DNA of 63,996 bases, counting the filler, from Asterionella formosa (taxonomy: Eukaryota): assembly GCA_002256025.1 (NCBI GenBank). It is 14 parts of 14 records of this genome, joined end to end, with 100 filler letters (N's around TTAATTAATTAA, not from the genome) between each part and the next. Parts side by side here need not be neighbours in the genome. Positions count along the whole stretch, not along the records: positions 23,037 to 45,964 come from NKIB01002578.1; 13 more parts are not named here. One strand, 5' to 3'. A model generated the notes under the pieces. The model did not search any database and had not been told where the DNA came from. It worked only from the letters and a program-made list of their open reading frames with translations. The position numbers and the translations under genes are program-made. Each line of letters begins with the position of its first letter. The stretch's first letter is position 1. Of the stretch, positions 23,569-35,793 are shown one piece after another.

Positions 23569-26325
23569 ATGGAAGGAGAAGGCCCCGATAGCATCAACAC
23601 TGCTTCGAACCAAGCAACGAGCATTCAAGCTCGTATGCAGTCTAAAAGGTTCAAGCACATCCATGCCCTTGCACACAAGAAACCAGATCCAATGTCGGGA
23701 GTTCCAACGGCGCATTCAGCCTTCACGAAGAAATGCCTTCCTCCTCCCACCGACACATTGATTGCGGAGTTGAATGAACTCATCGATTTGGTGACTATGA
23801 GGGTGCAAGGAGCTGAAGCCAAACGAGGACAACAGCTACAGGATGAAGAGATTGTTGACATTGTTAGGGATGTTATGACTGACCTGACAAACGACGATTC
23901 AATGAGTGAAACGACGGGACAAAATAGTGACTCCTTCGAGCCATGTCTCTCCCGACTCAAAACTGACTCTACACTCCAAGCAGTTGTTTCGTCCATGCTC
24001 ACCCTATTGCTGCAGCAGCAGTCTAGCCGAAGTGCATGTTCTGCTGGACTGCACCCAGAATCAGGCACTTTAGTCCGTAAAAGGACTGATGTGGTTCCTT
24101 TCGTTGAAGCCATCACTACTCATCAAGAGGTTGATTCGCTCCAGCATCCGCTAATGGAGCCTTCCACTTCGCATGATACGGAAAGTCTTCCAATTCGCCC
24201 GGACAACGAATACTCTCCTCTTGTGGAAACTCGTCAATTGATGGCTCACGAAGATGGGATTGAACAAACGGTGGAAGAACTTCGGGCTGTTATTGCCTGC
24301 GCTGATGCTGAACGGAATGATGCAGGTGATGACGACTCGACTATCTTGACGACAGCCACCGAATTATCTTGGGAGAGTCAACCTAGCACCTTGGAAATTG
24401 CATTTGAGGAAGTTCTGCAACTCATCGAGTCTGGCATGGGATTGCAAACTCGTCAGGAACGCTCCATGCCATTCGATTACGACGAAGAGGGGACGGTGGG
24501 CACTGGAAGTGTTTGTTATGATGACGGACAAACTCTTGAAAGAAGTCCCCCATCGTTGCTTTCCACATTTTTTGATACAAGCAACATGTGGGAGGAAGAG
24601 GTCATGCGTGACCTAGGAATTGCTTGTCAGTCGGACCCAGGCCAAGGCAATAGTGGGCTTGGTAATATGATGGCTTCAGGAGAAGACTTCGAAGACCAAA
24701 GCGACATCGGGAATGACGCCGAAGCGAGGTTCACTCAAGTTTCTGATGTCTGCCAATGTGCTAGTAACGATCCAACCAATACCACACAGTATTTATTTGG
24801 ATTAGTTGGCGCTGTGTCTAGGGATGTAGGAGAGTTAGATGTATCCACTATTGTGGAAATGGACGAAACATTCGAAGGCACCTTGGGCGATGACGTCACC
24901 ATCGACACCTACGACTTCGTGGCTACTGGATGTTCTAGCGATGCTATCCAAGACAACGAGGTTGAAACTCTCCTTCTTGATTACAGCGATGCTACAAAGG
25001 TATACAACGATGAGTGCAACAATAACTGCAACGCAGAAGTTATGTGTGGAACCCACATGGATAAAAAGTTCCTGTGGCCTCTAAGTGCACTCAACCCAGC
25101 CAAGCCACCGACCACTAGGGTCGTGTTGGCCCATGTCCCAAATCCCGAACTACTTAACAAATACGCACAACCAGTGGATGAAACTTTTGATAGCACACTG
25201 GAGGATGAACCTACTCTTAACTCATTTGTTGATGACGCGCCGTTGGCTGGAATTTCCAATGTTGGTACAAGGAATGAATCGATTACTCGAGAGCATTCAG
25301 TTGGGCTAATTCGAGAACGCAAAGGATCAGTTACTGATTCCAGCAAAGAGGTGCACTTCGCATCCACGACTGCACCAACAATGACGATTCCCTTTCATGC
25401 CGAGAAGTTGGCACCTCCAGGTGCGCCAAATCAATTGAGGATTCCCGTCTCGAAAGTGATGGTAGAGTCACCCTCACCTTCTGAACTGAAAGAGGGCTCG
25501 GGATTTGAAGCTGCTCTTTTGCATGTGAGTCAGCAACACTTAATTTCTGCTACATCCTCCCTTCCTGTGAGAAAGGCTTTATTGAATGATTCCACAGAAG
25601 TGGTTTCGGATCGACTTGAAATAAGAGTCCAAGATTTAAATGAAAGGGTGCACAAAACCAACTCAGCTGTTTTGGGGGTAGCAATTACTTCTCCCCACAG
25701 CGAAGATGTTGACCTAACAAGATCTGCAAAAGTGGGTTGCTTTGGCGAACTGATGCCGATTGAGAAACATATTTCATCAGAGGAAAATCATGGCTGTTCT
25801 CGTCAAGATCTATCGGATATGGAGGCTCGACGACGAAGAAGGAATCATAGGAAGTTGCAATCTGTTGCCAATGCGAGAACCAGACCTGGAAATATAGAAA
25901 CTCCTGACGGCCATGTCAAGCAACTTCCGCAAACTGCATCTGCCAATCTAAGTGTTACTCTCGATATGACGAACTTGGCAGAGATCAAAGCCCCGGAGCC
26001 TATAACCGTAACGTCAATTGAGAATCTTCAACCGAACTGTAAGTGCACTCGTGTGGTTCCGCCTACCACAAATGATCAAACCAAAACCATCATTATGAAG
26101 TCAGTAGAAATGTCTGAAGGGCCCACATGGGACTTCGGCCATCTTTTCGAACCTCGTTCTTTTGACTTTTTTGGTCTGCCTGAAACAACCAAATTGGAAT
26201 TTTTCTCAGCAGATGAGTTAAGTAAAGAAAATTTTCACCCGACTGAGGAACTTGTTCCCAAAATTGAATTGGAGAATCCCAGGAAAACTACTCTAACTAG
26301 GCCAATGAGACAAATTGACATCTGA
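23569..26325 (+). CDS. Hypothetical acidic, largely disordered protein (918 aa)
   Basis: Long uninterrupted ORF; no domain recognised. Confidence 0.65.
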   Translation: MEGEGPDSINTASNQATSIQARMQSKRFKHIHALAHKKPDPMSGVPTAHSAFTKKCLPPPTDTLIAELNELIDLVTMRVQGAEAKRGQQLQDEEIVDIVRDVMTDLTNDDSMSETTGQNSDSFEPCLSRLKTDSTLQAVVSSMLTLLLQQQSSRSACSAGLHPESGTLVRKRTDVVPFVEAITTHQEVDSLQHPLMEPSTSHDTESLPIRPDNEYSPLVETRQLMAHEDGIEQTVEELRAVIACADAERNDAGDDDSTILTTATELSWESQPSTLEIAFEEVLQLIESGMGLQTRQERSMPFDYDEEGTVGTGSVCYDDGQTLERSPPSLLSTFFDTSNMWEEEVMRDLGIACQSDPGQGNSGLGNMMASGEDFEDQSDIGNDAEARFTQVSDVCQCASNDPTNTTQYLFGLVGAVSRDVGELDVSTIVEMDETFEGTLGDDVTIDTYDFVATGCSSDAIQDNEVETLLLDYSDATKVYNDECNNNCNAEVMCGTHMDKKFLWPLSALNPAKPPTTRVVLAHVPNPELLNKYAQPVDETFDSTLEDEPTLNSFVDDAPLAGISNVGTRNESITREHSVGLIRERKGSVTDSSKEVHFASTTAPTMTIPFHAEKLAPPGAPNQLRIPVSKVMVESPSPSELKEGSGFEAALLHVSQQHLISATSSLPVRKALLNDSTEVVSDRLEIRVQDLNERVHKTNSAVLGVAITSPHSEDVDLTRSAKVGCFGELMPIEKHISSEENHGCSRQDLSDMEARRRRRNHRKLQSVANARTRPGNIETPDGHVKQLPQTASANLSVTLDMTNLAEIKAPEPITVTSIENLQPNCKCTRVVPPTTNDQTKTIIMKSVEMSEGPTWDFGHLFEPRSFDFFGLPETTKLEFFSADELSKENFHPTEELVPKIELENPRKTTLTRPMRQIDI

Positions 26326-27188
26326 TTTGAATGATGCCAACCAACAATGACCTTTGCCGGTATTCTTCCTAGGAATCTTTCTTGCTTTGGGCTAAATGGA
26401 ACTGTCGAAAGAGGGTGGAAATGACAGTGTTGCTTATGATTATAGTGATAATGCAGAATGGTCAACAGGAAATAGTATGTGTTGAGGAAAAGGCTGTCAG
26501 AGTTGTCCTCGGAGGTGTATCGAGAGGACGAGGCATGCTGCTTCATCTTGTCGTCGACGTGTACAGACATCCTAGTAATATATTTGTTGATCTCATTTTG
26601 TACTTTTCTTATGCAACCTTTAGTTGTTCAACCTATTTGCATTCAAAAATACCACTCCTATGGATATATCCCTACTATGCTGCTCTTCGCACACTACTGC
26701 TCAAACTTCGAATTGCCTAAGAAGGATATTGTACATTAGGAAACAGATCAGAATGCTTAAGAACCTGCAAGTCCAAGCAATGCACGCGGCAAACAATGAA
26801 ATTCGTCAATCGAACAAGAAGTCAAGAATGTAGGAAGACGTCGGGATGCATCAGCTAGATGAAGAAACATGATATTCAACTTTGAGCAACTAAGTGGAAA
26901 GGAGAAGATCGCTTCATCTGGACTAGTATGGGCCGAGAACTACGTTGAATCATTGGTGGGTTCCTTTCGCGAAATTGTCGTTTTGGGCAACAAATTGGAG
27001 GTTACTTTGTTATGTATCATCGTCACTTGGGTGATATGGCTCCAACCATTGCTCTTTGTATTGGCAAGGTTGGCGCAAATGCCGTAGTAATGAAATCACT
27101 AGATATCACAACACATTTGAACTTATATTTTACACACAACAAGTAGCAGTCATTCATCAACCAAAAATCAGAAAGGTATTTTCCGCCT

Positions 27189-28340
27189 CTACATCATGAT
27201 TCCGGGACCGGATGGAAGCGCAGATTTTTTGGTATCTGGGAGCACATGTGAATCCGGCACCATTCTCCCAATCAAATCTGCTAATGCATCAATCTTTAGC
27301 TCTAATCTACTGATTTCTTCAGCTAAAACAGCAATGTCGCCTTGCCATTGCTTACCGGTATTAGCGGAAGCTTTGAACACTGATTCACACACTACTGCGA
27401 TAATCAGGTTCAAGAAAAAGTAGCTCGAGACAATAACAAAAGTGACGAAGGGAAACCAGGCCCATGGTTTTACTAGCATCACCTCCTTGGCTATTTTGGA
27501 CCACCCGTCCAGAGTCATGATTTGGAACTATGAAGGGCGAAAGGTTTGAGTATCAACTCATACAACAGCTGATTCACACTACCATGTAGGAGGAATTATA
27601 CTTACCAATGTGAAGAACGTATGGTCCAGCCTTGAGAAGTAATCATCCGAAGTAAATCCATCGTTGTACAATTCTTTGAACATGTCAGTGAAGACGACAG
27701 CGAAGATGAAAAACATCAAAATCATCAAACAACCAAGCGAAATCACTTTCGGAATGGAATCAATGAGCGATATTGCCAGATTTCTCAAATCCCGCACACG
27801 CGATACCAGTCGCATCGTTCTAACCAACCGAAAGGTCCGAATCATCAGCAAATATGAAGTAACCCAACTCAAGCTAATCACCAAAAAGTCAAATAAAAGC
27901 CAACCATCATAAAACAACGCCCATTGATGATATAACAGTTGCAAAGCAAGTTCGACAGTAAAGAGGACCAAGAAAGTAAGGTCCTTAAGCCGAAATATAA
28001 TGCTCAAGGCCTCGTTCGTAGAGACAACATCGCTCGTAGCCACCCCCATGAGAATGGCATTTAAGACAATGAGCAAGATCACAAGTCGTTTGAATTGTCG
28101 TGAATTCACAATGCGCCCAGCAAATCTCGAAGTTCTACCTTTCGATGACTGGGCTATATCATCATCTATCGAAATAGCGTGGCTACCATTACCTTCTGTA
28201 ACGGAAAAAGTATGCTCTGTGTCAATACTCCTCAGAGACATGCCATCGGAATCTTGTAACACGTAGGAATTTTGTGAAGCCTCTGCTGCTTTGTCTTCAG
28301 GTCGTTGCTTCGTAAGCCCGCTGCTACCCCATTTGGCCAT
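27189..28340 (-). CDS. Single-domain voltage-gated Na+/Ca2+ channel (BacNav-like, EukCatA type); 2 exons (28340-27606, 27527-27189)
   Basis: 6-TM layout; S4 IRTFRLVRTMRLVSR; pore FFTL|FQIMTLDGWS across GT-AG intron 27605-27528; S6 FLNLIIAVV; C-terminal coiled coil. Confidence 0.92.
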
Positions 28341-29427
28341 TTCAAATCGTTGCGAAATCTGCGATCTAATTGCGCACAGGTTAAGAATAGCTGAACGATT
28401 ATGAAACAGCCAGGTACGTCAGTGCTATGGAGTATCGGAAGTCTTGCCTGGGACGAGTAGGAGGTGTGAACGCCTCGAATTAATCCTGCTTCTGTCTGGA
28501 ATAATTCCGATAAACATTTGAAGGAAGAAATGTTGTACATTACATTTACACATAAATGCAACGTTCCAAGAGTACCATCATCATGTCCTTGTTTACAGAC
28601 AAATACATGTATTCATCAATGTAGAAAATAACGCGCCGTTTTGTAGCCCTGCTCGCGCAATCAACCGAACCAGCTACCATCAGTTGATGAACAAGGAATA
28701 CAGACTACCGGTACATATCGCGCTGGACTTTTGTCTCTACATAAATCCTAGGTATTCATTGGTAAGTTTTATAAAAAGAATGCATAGGACACTTAATTAA
28801 CCTAACGCCCGAATTTGATGTCATAGTACACGTTACCTGGTACCAGGTCCTACGAGTATCCTGGTACCTGGGCGCATAGAAGGTGAGGGCAACGGTACCT
28901 GGTAACAGGTTTTCCTATACCGGTAAGGTACCTGGTACTAGTACTGATACCAGGTACAAGGACCTACTAATGCTTGACAGATGGTGCGGTACAAGGTACC
29001 GGTATGCCCTGTGCTCTCTTACTGTCGGCCGTTGAACCTGCCTATTTACAGGACTGTATGCATACCGGTAAGTACCTGAGCGATACCCATTTTTCCAACC
29101 GCCCTCCCCCAACATCCAGATCAGTACACTAGTAAGTACAAGGTACTCCATTGTTGCACTTGTCAGTGGCGCCGGTAAGCAAACTCAAAGGGTATTGTAT
29201 TTATCTATTTCTTCCATTATAGTGCACACAAAGTCGATTATTAGATATACGGAGACATGTGCATTGCTTAGTTTTGAGGCATTTCAGAATTAATGAATAT
29301 GCACACTTCGCACCATCAGCACACCGATTATCCCAGTTATTTGAGAAATAAGACCAGCAGGTGTAGCAGTCCTCATCCTTGTTGCCTACATCTAGGCGCC
29401 CTGATCAAATATTAGGCTTTATTGGTA

Positions 29428-30392
29428 CCACCTAAAAACTGAGAGTCAGGATTTGAAAGATTTTGAACTGAGAGTCAACGTTAAATCGAGTAAATTCATG
29501 TTTTGGGCTAAATATGCTAGATACGAACATAATTATTCAAGCAATGTTGTAGTGATTCATGTACTACCGGTAAGTAATAATGATCGTCCTTTGAACTCGT
29601 CAATTAGCTAGCGTTATTTCCGTATCTGGTCCCAAAGGTTGCTGTCGACGAGAAATGAATTAAAGAAGCTAAATTAATTTATACTCCATTCAGCTGGCAT
29701 CACCATTTATATATGTATACAAGTATTTGAAAGTATTTCTGTCGGTAGATTCATGTAGTGTCCGAATAGATTCATTTGTTAGGGTAAAATATTTAACGAA
29801 GTCATTTTGCAAACTCCTCTACCTAAATGGAGAACATCATCTGCGACCTCTCGGCCAGACTACCTGAAAAACTACATACAAGGATTTGTCATGAAATCAC
29901 AAAAATCACCCGTGAAATGAATTGAAACAAGAGGAGGACCACCGGACAGATGAGAACTTGAAGTGATTGATATGCGAGGTCCGAACGAACACTTGACCAA
30001 TTTGCTACCAGTACTCGGCACTTTTAACCCTGGTACCTGGCACCTGTAGCTGGTACCAGGTACCGCTAATTATAGGATCAACAAAAGTAATAGAAAATAG
30101 TTTTTGTGGTAACAATCGAGTTAACAAAAAACGGTTTGGGGGTAAAAATCTTCATGTTTATATAAAAAAATATGTACTGAGAGTCAAAGTTTCGAGTCTA
30201 AATGGGTATGACTAAATGGCTTAGATCTTCATAACTGTATGTTCTACTTCAGAACTGATTAAATGATAGCTATCCCAGTTCTATCGACTACAATAAAGTT
30301 CGTACTTGGTTCGAATTTTATCATTTAAGAAACTTCGATAATTGTAGTCGAAAGAACGAGTACTGACATGTTGACTCTCAGTTTTTAGGTGG
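29428..30392. mobile_element. Non-autonomous TIR DNA transposon (965 nt), TA-flanked, related to the pogo-like element at 61328
   Basis: Perfect inverted repeat GGTACCACCTAAAAACTGAGAGTCA at 29424-29448 and 30372-30396 (reads as GG-TA-[CCACC...GGTGG]-TA-CC); internal ACTGAGAGTCA copies at ~29467 and ~30176; 29635-29725 aligns to 61531-61620. Confidence 0.85.
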
Positions 30393-30602
30393 TACCTTTT
30401 TTAAAATTACACCACTCCTGGAGCTCATCATTTATTTTACTGAAACTGTTGAAAAGATATTTACATGTTGTAAGTGATGATTCTATCAAATCGATATCAG
30501 TAGCTTTCCAAACGATGCTGACTACATGCAGCAGTTGCTATTATGGTGCAATTTCAATGTATAATCTTTTGTTTCTCATTCTTTAAAACCATCCACATGA
30601 GA

Positions 30603-31520
30603 CTAGTGCTCCGTTGTAAATGACGATATGAATGATGTGTATGGATCCAAGTTGATGGTGGCATGCCACCATAGATTTGGAAAATAAATAAGATCACCTG
30701 GATAGAGTGTGCACTCATAGGGTAAGTCCTTCTGTGGTAGTGCCGTGTACTCATGTTCCATCCAATATCTGGAGGTGTAGTCTGGATGATACTTTGGTTC
30801 CAAATGCGGTGGGTACAAGATCCAATGCTTCCTCCCATGCAATGCCTCTGAAAAGCCTGGTCCATGAATGTGCCATTGGACCCCCGAGCCTCGGTTCCCG
30901 ATCCCAAAACTGAGGGCAGTCAATTCATTAGTGCACGTGTGACACATTGGTAATTCATAGTTGCTCAATAGGTCGCTCCATGCCTCGGAGAAGGTCTCGC
31001 CGAAGAGATACCATGTTTCATTTGAAAGGATGTCGGGCGTCGTTTCTACTAGGTCTAGTATTTCAGTCAGGTACTGTGTCAAAGGAATGGTTCTCCGATG
31101 CTCGGAAAATGAATTGGAACTCGATAGCGTCACTTTCAATGCTTGCGGAAGTGACGTGACAATCTGCTCCAGCGATGTCATTTTTCGGAACTTTGCGTTT
31201 CGAATAGTTGCATTATTGAAGGCAAGTTTAATGATAATCGGAGTTGGATACAGTGGCGGCAGCCCTTGTTTTGTAAATCTGGCATAAAATGAATCTATAG
31301 TCACACTCTCAATGTTGCACCGATGTTGTGCTTGAGGGTCCCATTTCCACAGAGGATAAATCCCACGGTGGTCAATTGTTTCTTGCGCGTCCCCTGAATC
31401 CAAACATGGAGCAGCTGATAGTTGATCCACCTCGAATTTCAGACTACTAGTCGCTGATAGACAAAAAAGCAAAAGTAAAAATCGCGGGCTCAGAAACGAT
31501 CTCCCTGTCATGGCGTTCAT
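30603..31520 (-). CDS. JmjC-domain protein with signal peptide (JMJD8-like)
   Basis: GSGVQWHIHGPGFSEALHGRKHW and PGDLIYFPNLWWHATINL; HxH...H metal ligands as in JMJD8. Confidence 0.88.
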   Translation of the reverse strand: MNAMTGRSFLSPRFLLLLFCLSATSSLKFEVDQLSAAPCLDSGDAQETIDHRGIYPLWKWDPQAQHRCNIESVTIDSFYARFTKQGLPPLYPTPIIIKLAFNNATIRNAKFRKMTSLEQIVTSLPQALKVTLSSSNSFSEHRRTIPLTQYLTEILDLVETTPDILSNETWYLFGETFSEAWSDLLSNYELPMCHTCTNELTALSFGIGNRGSGVQWHIHGPGFSEALHGRKHWILYPPHLEPKYHPDYTSRYWMEHEYTALPQKDLPYECTLYPGDLIYFPNLWWHATINLDPYTSFISSFTTEH

Positions 31521-31743
31521 TGCATTGCTTTTTCGACCCAGCCATCCAGCTGGTTGAACTCTACATAGTGGTGCTCTATCAAACTATCGTATGGTGGAAG
31601 GTTACGTAGGTGTATGTACCAGGTTCCTGGTATCAGGTAACATGTACCTCAACTGGTACCTGGTACCTGGTACTCCTACCTTGTACCTGGTACCGGGTAA
31701 CCACGGTAAGTGTTACTGGGTACCTGGTACTCCTACTCCAGTA

Positions 31744-31839
31744 CCAGCAACTTCCGGTAATTTTGCTGAAACTAAAGATTTAGCTACCTTTTTGCCAGAT
31801 GAAAATGTTAGTTTAAGCAAAATGACCGCAACGTGCTGG
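31744..31839. mobile_element. 96-nt MITE with CCAGCA...TGCTGG ends and TA target duplication
   Basis: Imperfect ~23-nt TIRs, TA at 31742-43 and 31840-41; second copy at 62796-62943. Confidence 0.8.
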
Positions 31840-32107
31840 TAAAAAGGCACGTGGTAGGTGGTACCCTGGTACCCAGAGCAAACGCTGGCCTGGCTGAAGC
31901 ATCACCCAATTCTTGTGATGACGATGATCCAATGGCATTGTTGTGGTTTGTTACAGACGAGAGTCGAAACACGAAAGTCTTGCTTTCCATCACTCATTTG
32001 GTGCCATAAACGTTGTCACGAAAGCCAAGTAATATTCTCCAGCTGCTCCATCCTCATTTTATGTAGTGCAACAGCAATAGCAATAGCAATAGCAACGCAA
32101 GACAATC

Positions 32108-32812
32108 ATGATCTCTAGACTGCTCTCCCTTGTATTTTCATCATGTTTGGCTCTGCACAGTCCGACCGCAGCCTTCACTCTTGTGGTCCCTGCTGCACGA
32201 TTGGCTGTGACTCGCTCTACGTATGCGCCACCATTGTCTCGAAATGTTCACTTCGCAATCCAAAAGGACGACGACGAAGCCTTGACTTCTGAAGGTGCCG
32301 ATTCAATTTGGGTCAAACTCAATGAAGCTGGAATGACGCTCAAACCCAAAGCGATTGCTGCCAAGGAAAAGACAGAATCTGCTTCGACAACAACGACCCA
32401 AAAACTTAACTACGCTCTTCAATCGTCGATTCTCTATGCACTCTTTATTGTTTATCGTGCCTTTCGAGGATTTTGCGTCATTTTGCCAGCCGTCTTTACG
32501 GAAGTACGACGAAAACTGAGGCTCGCCATGGAACAACCCCTTGCGGAGGAAGACCTTGCAGTGGCGGACGACATTAATCCAAAGACTGGAAAAGTGAGAT
32601 TCCGTACGTCTATTGTGGTTACTATTTTGGCCAGTATTGTGACGGTCAAGTATATTGTGTCTGGACTATTTCGAGTGGTTGGAAAATTGGTCATGCGAGG
32701 ATCATTTTCGGCAGCTGCAGATGAAGTTGCTGATGTAGAAAATGAAATGATGTATATGACCAAGGAACCAGGGGGTATCAATGGAGATACCACTGGAACA
32801 TTGGCTCCCTAA
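32108..32812 (+). CDS. Hypothetical plastid-targeted membrane protein
   Basis: Signal peptide followed by TAA-FTL cleavage-like motif, basic transit-like region and two hydrophobic segments. Confidence 0.75.
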   Translation: MISRLLSLVFSSCLALHSPTAAFTLVVPAARLAVTRSTYAPPLSRNVHFAIQKDDDEALTSEGADSIWVKLNEAGMTLKPKAIAAKEKTESASTTTTQKLNYALQSSILYALFIVYRAFRGFCVILPAVFTEVRRKLRLAMEQPLAEEDLAVADDINPKTGKVRFRTSIVVTILASIVTVKYIVSGLFRVVGKLVMRGSFSAAADEVADVENEMMYMTKEPGGINGDTTGTLAP

Positions 32813-33416
32813 AGAGCTGCTTTTGTATTGCGTTTTTTGCAGCACAACATGGGACCGAGGGGACACCATGCTATCCACAATAAACCATTATCCAACCCTT
32901 TTGGGGGGAGTGGCAAATGCAACGTATCGCCATGATCATTAATCATGACTAAATTAATAAATGCTAAGATTCTGCAACTATTGAACGTTTACATTAGATG
33001 AACAAGAAGAATGATAGAAATACAGGTTGAAGAAGGCGATCGATCGCATTTACGTTTCTTACGATTACAAGTTACTTCTACTGGATGCCCGAATATCATT
33101 CTACTTGCACTACCGGTATCTTAATTCAGCGTAAGAAAGAAAATGATCGTGTATGCAGCAAAACGGGGATGTGAAGCGATCTGGCGAAAGGGGCAATTTT
33201 TATTTTTATTTTTCATTCATAAAGCATATTTTGTTTGGGATGAATTCTCTCGGTCTTCTAACGATGAAATCTCTCGAATCTTCCTTTTTAATCCTACGTA
33301 GTCGTCACAAATAATGAGATGAAAGTCGTAATGGTCGGCTGGCTTTGTTTGAGAATGATGTACATTCTCTCATTTCCATGATAATGAATAAAGTAAAAAT
33401 CAACACTTGTCAGTTT

Positions 33417-35293
33417 CTAAAGTTCCATGGGGACAATAGAAGAAACCTGATCATTTCCCGCGCTTGTCATAGCAGCAGAGTATTGCGTTAAAAATGCCCC
33501 AAGGGTGGCTGCTGCCACTGGCAACTCCACCGAGTAGTCTGAAGAGTCCACGTTCGCATCATTGGAACGTTTGTTGGCCTCGTCCGCCGCAGCTGCTGCC
33601 AACGCCGTCACAGCATCAACATGCGTCTTGAATGCATCAGGATCGGCAGTGATGGCCACGAGACGCTCAACAAACAATTCCTGCATGGATGGAGGAAGAG
33701 ATGCCAAAGACTCGCTCAACTTCTTCACGAGTTCTGGGTCCGGAGAGACGTGATCAACAACGGTTGGCGCCTTCTTTGGTTTGGGCATGGAAGGTGTCAT
33801 GTCTGGGAGAACTGTAGGCTTCGAGATTTGATCCTCACCGAAATCATCCGAGAGATTGATTTCGTCTTGAAAAAGTTCCAACAAGTCCTGATCCAAGGAA
33901 TTCATGGATTCGAAGCGGTCCAAGCCCTTCAGAGGCAAAATACTACCAGGAAAGTACTCATCCTCCACTTTCACGATGGGGGAATTCGTTTCTTCTACGA
34001 AGAATTCAGCTTCAGTAGAAGGATCAGGAAGCGAGCTAGACCCAACGTGCAATGGAGCAATGGGAGCAACTGGCTGAATGGGAACCGACGAAGATGGGAT
34101 TACAACTGGCTCGATCTTTCGTTTCTTTGTACCAGGAACAGAGGAAATCTCTTGAGCTGCTTGTACTTTCAAGACAGTTTCCATCATTGACGACAAACGA
34201 CCCATTTCATCTTCTATCGATGCCAGTCTTGACTGGAGTACAGATACTTCATTCTTCAACACGTCTACTTCCACTTTATCTGCGGAGTCATGAGTATTCG
34301 CCTTCTTGATTTCCCCTAGTAAGTCTGGTCGTCCACGTAAAAACTTTTCGTGGCGAAAGCGCAGGTACTTGGAATCTTCACTGTAGGGAGAAGAAAGCTT
34401 AATTGGCTCCGACTTCACCTTGCGGAAACCGTAAAAATTAAGCTGACGAACGAAGGAACTGAGGTTGTTGTGCTTGTAAAATTGAGGAATAACATCACGA
34501 GCGAAAGTCTCAGGATCTTTAACGATGAATGTTCTGCCATCCTTGGACCTGAAGAAAAAGGAATACGGACGAGGCAAATAAATGGGTTAGCCATACGCGG
34601 TGTCAAACCAGGTGACACAAAAAAGAAGACTCCACGTCATATGCGATGCACTTTGCATAGAGAGAATCAGAGTGACGTCACAAGACTCAAGTCAAAGTGT
34701 CAAGCATGCTTTGAACCCGAACTTGTAAAAAGACTGGTGTTTTGGGCAATGGCCGCTCTCGTGCGCTTTTCTGAACTTACCATGTTGCGATTTCAGGACT
34801 GCAGCTATCAATCATGTGATAAGTCTTCTGCAAGGCGGAAGGAGAATACGAGAGTGAGTAAAAATGAAAAATGAATAAGGATTAGGGACCCGGACAAAGT
34901 ACCATGATTAACCACGCAAGTCAGGAAACGCCGCGTCGCGTCCATGGCTAGCCTTTCAAAGCATTGCACTCTACATCATGAGATCCTTCCTGAGCGATGG
35001 GGGATTAATCCACTTGAATTCATGGCCGCAGCAATACGGGTTGACAACAAAGGTTACCATGGTTCACAGTCATGCCACAATACAATTTTGTACCAGTTTC
35101 ACGTAGAAACGAACGACAGAGGCGCCAGACTTGCTTTACATCACACCGTTTGACTTACTCTTAGAAACAATGGAGCATTATCCTCAGTGACCTTCTGGAC
35201 AGGTCTTCCTTTCTTAATTCCCTTATTGATTGATGCATTTGATTGAACAGCGGAAGGAGTTTCGTTCATAAGGTCCATGGTGATGGATTGCAT
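33417..35293 (-). CDS. Heat shock transcription factor; 3 exons (35293-35159, 34827-34781, 34548-33417)
   Basis: Spliced DNA-binding domain [28 protein letters not shown]...[20 protein letters not shown]...FRHEKFLRG; both introns GTAAGT...CAG and frame-consistent; followed by a coiled coil. Confidence 0.93.
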
Positions 35294-35793
35294 TCCCGGT
35301 AGCTATTTGCTTTGCGTTTTGGCGCTCTCAAAAATTATAAGACATTGAATTTCCTGAATCATTGAGTCACAAATCAGTGGCTTTTGTGCGGAGAATTAGT
35401 TAGAACAAATTGGAACCCATTCATAAAAGTTAATTTTAACTTGGTAACATGTAGGTCATACTGACAGACAGGAGCTTTGGCAAGATTGCCACCAATTGAA
35501 TTTATGATATAAATAATGGTGAGTGGGTAGAGGAAGATTATGTTATGTAGGAATGCGACGTGGCATTTTTAGTGACGTGTAAATAGCACTTGTTGTCTGT
35601 ACATAAAATAATGTAGTGCATGTAATATCCAATTGCCGGTATAGATACAGGGGAGCGATACCCATATTTTGTGTTCGTATTTTAGCGGTAAATATAATGT
35701 TATCCTCCGTCCTCCCCCTTTGCACTGAGGAAGCACTCTCGTGCTGCTTGTTCTCAAATGCACCGAATCCATCGAATATCTCGTAATGTCGCA

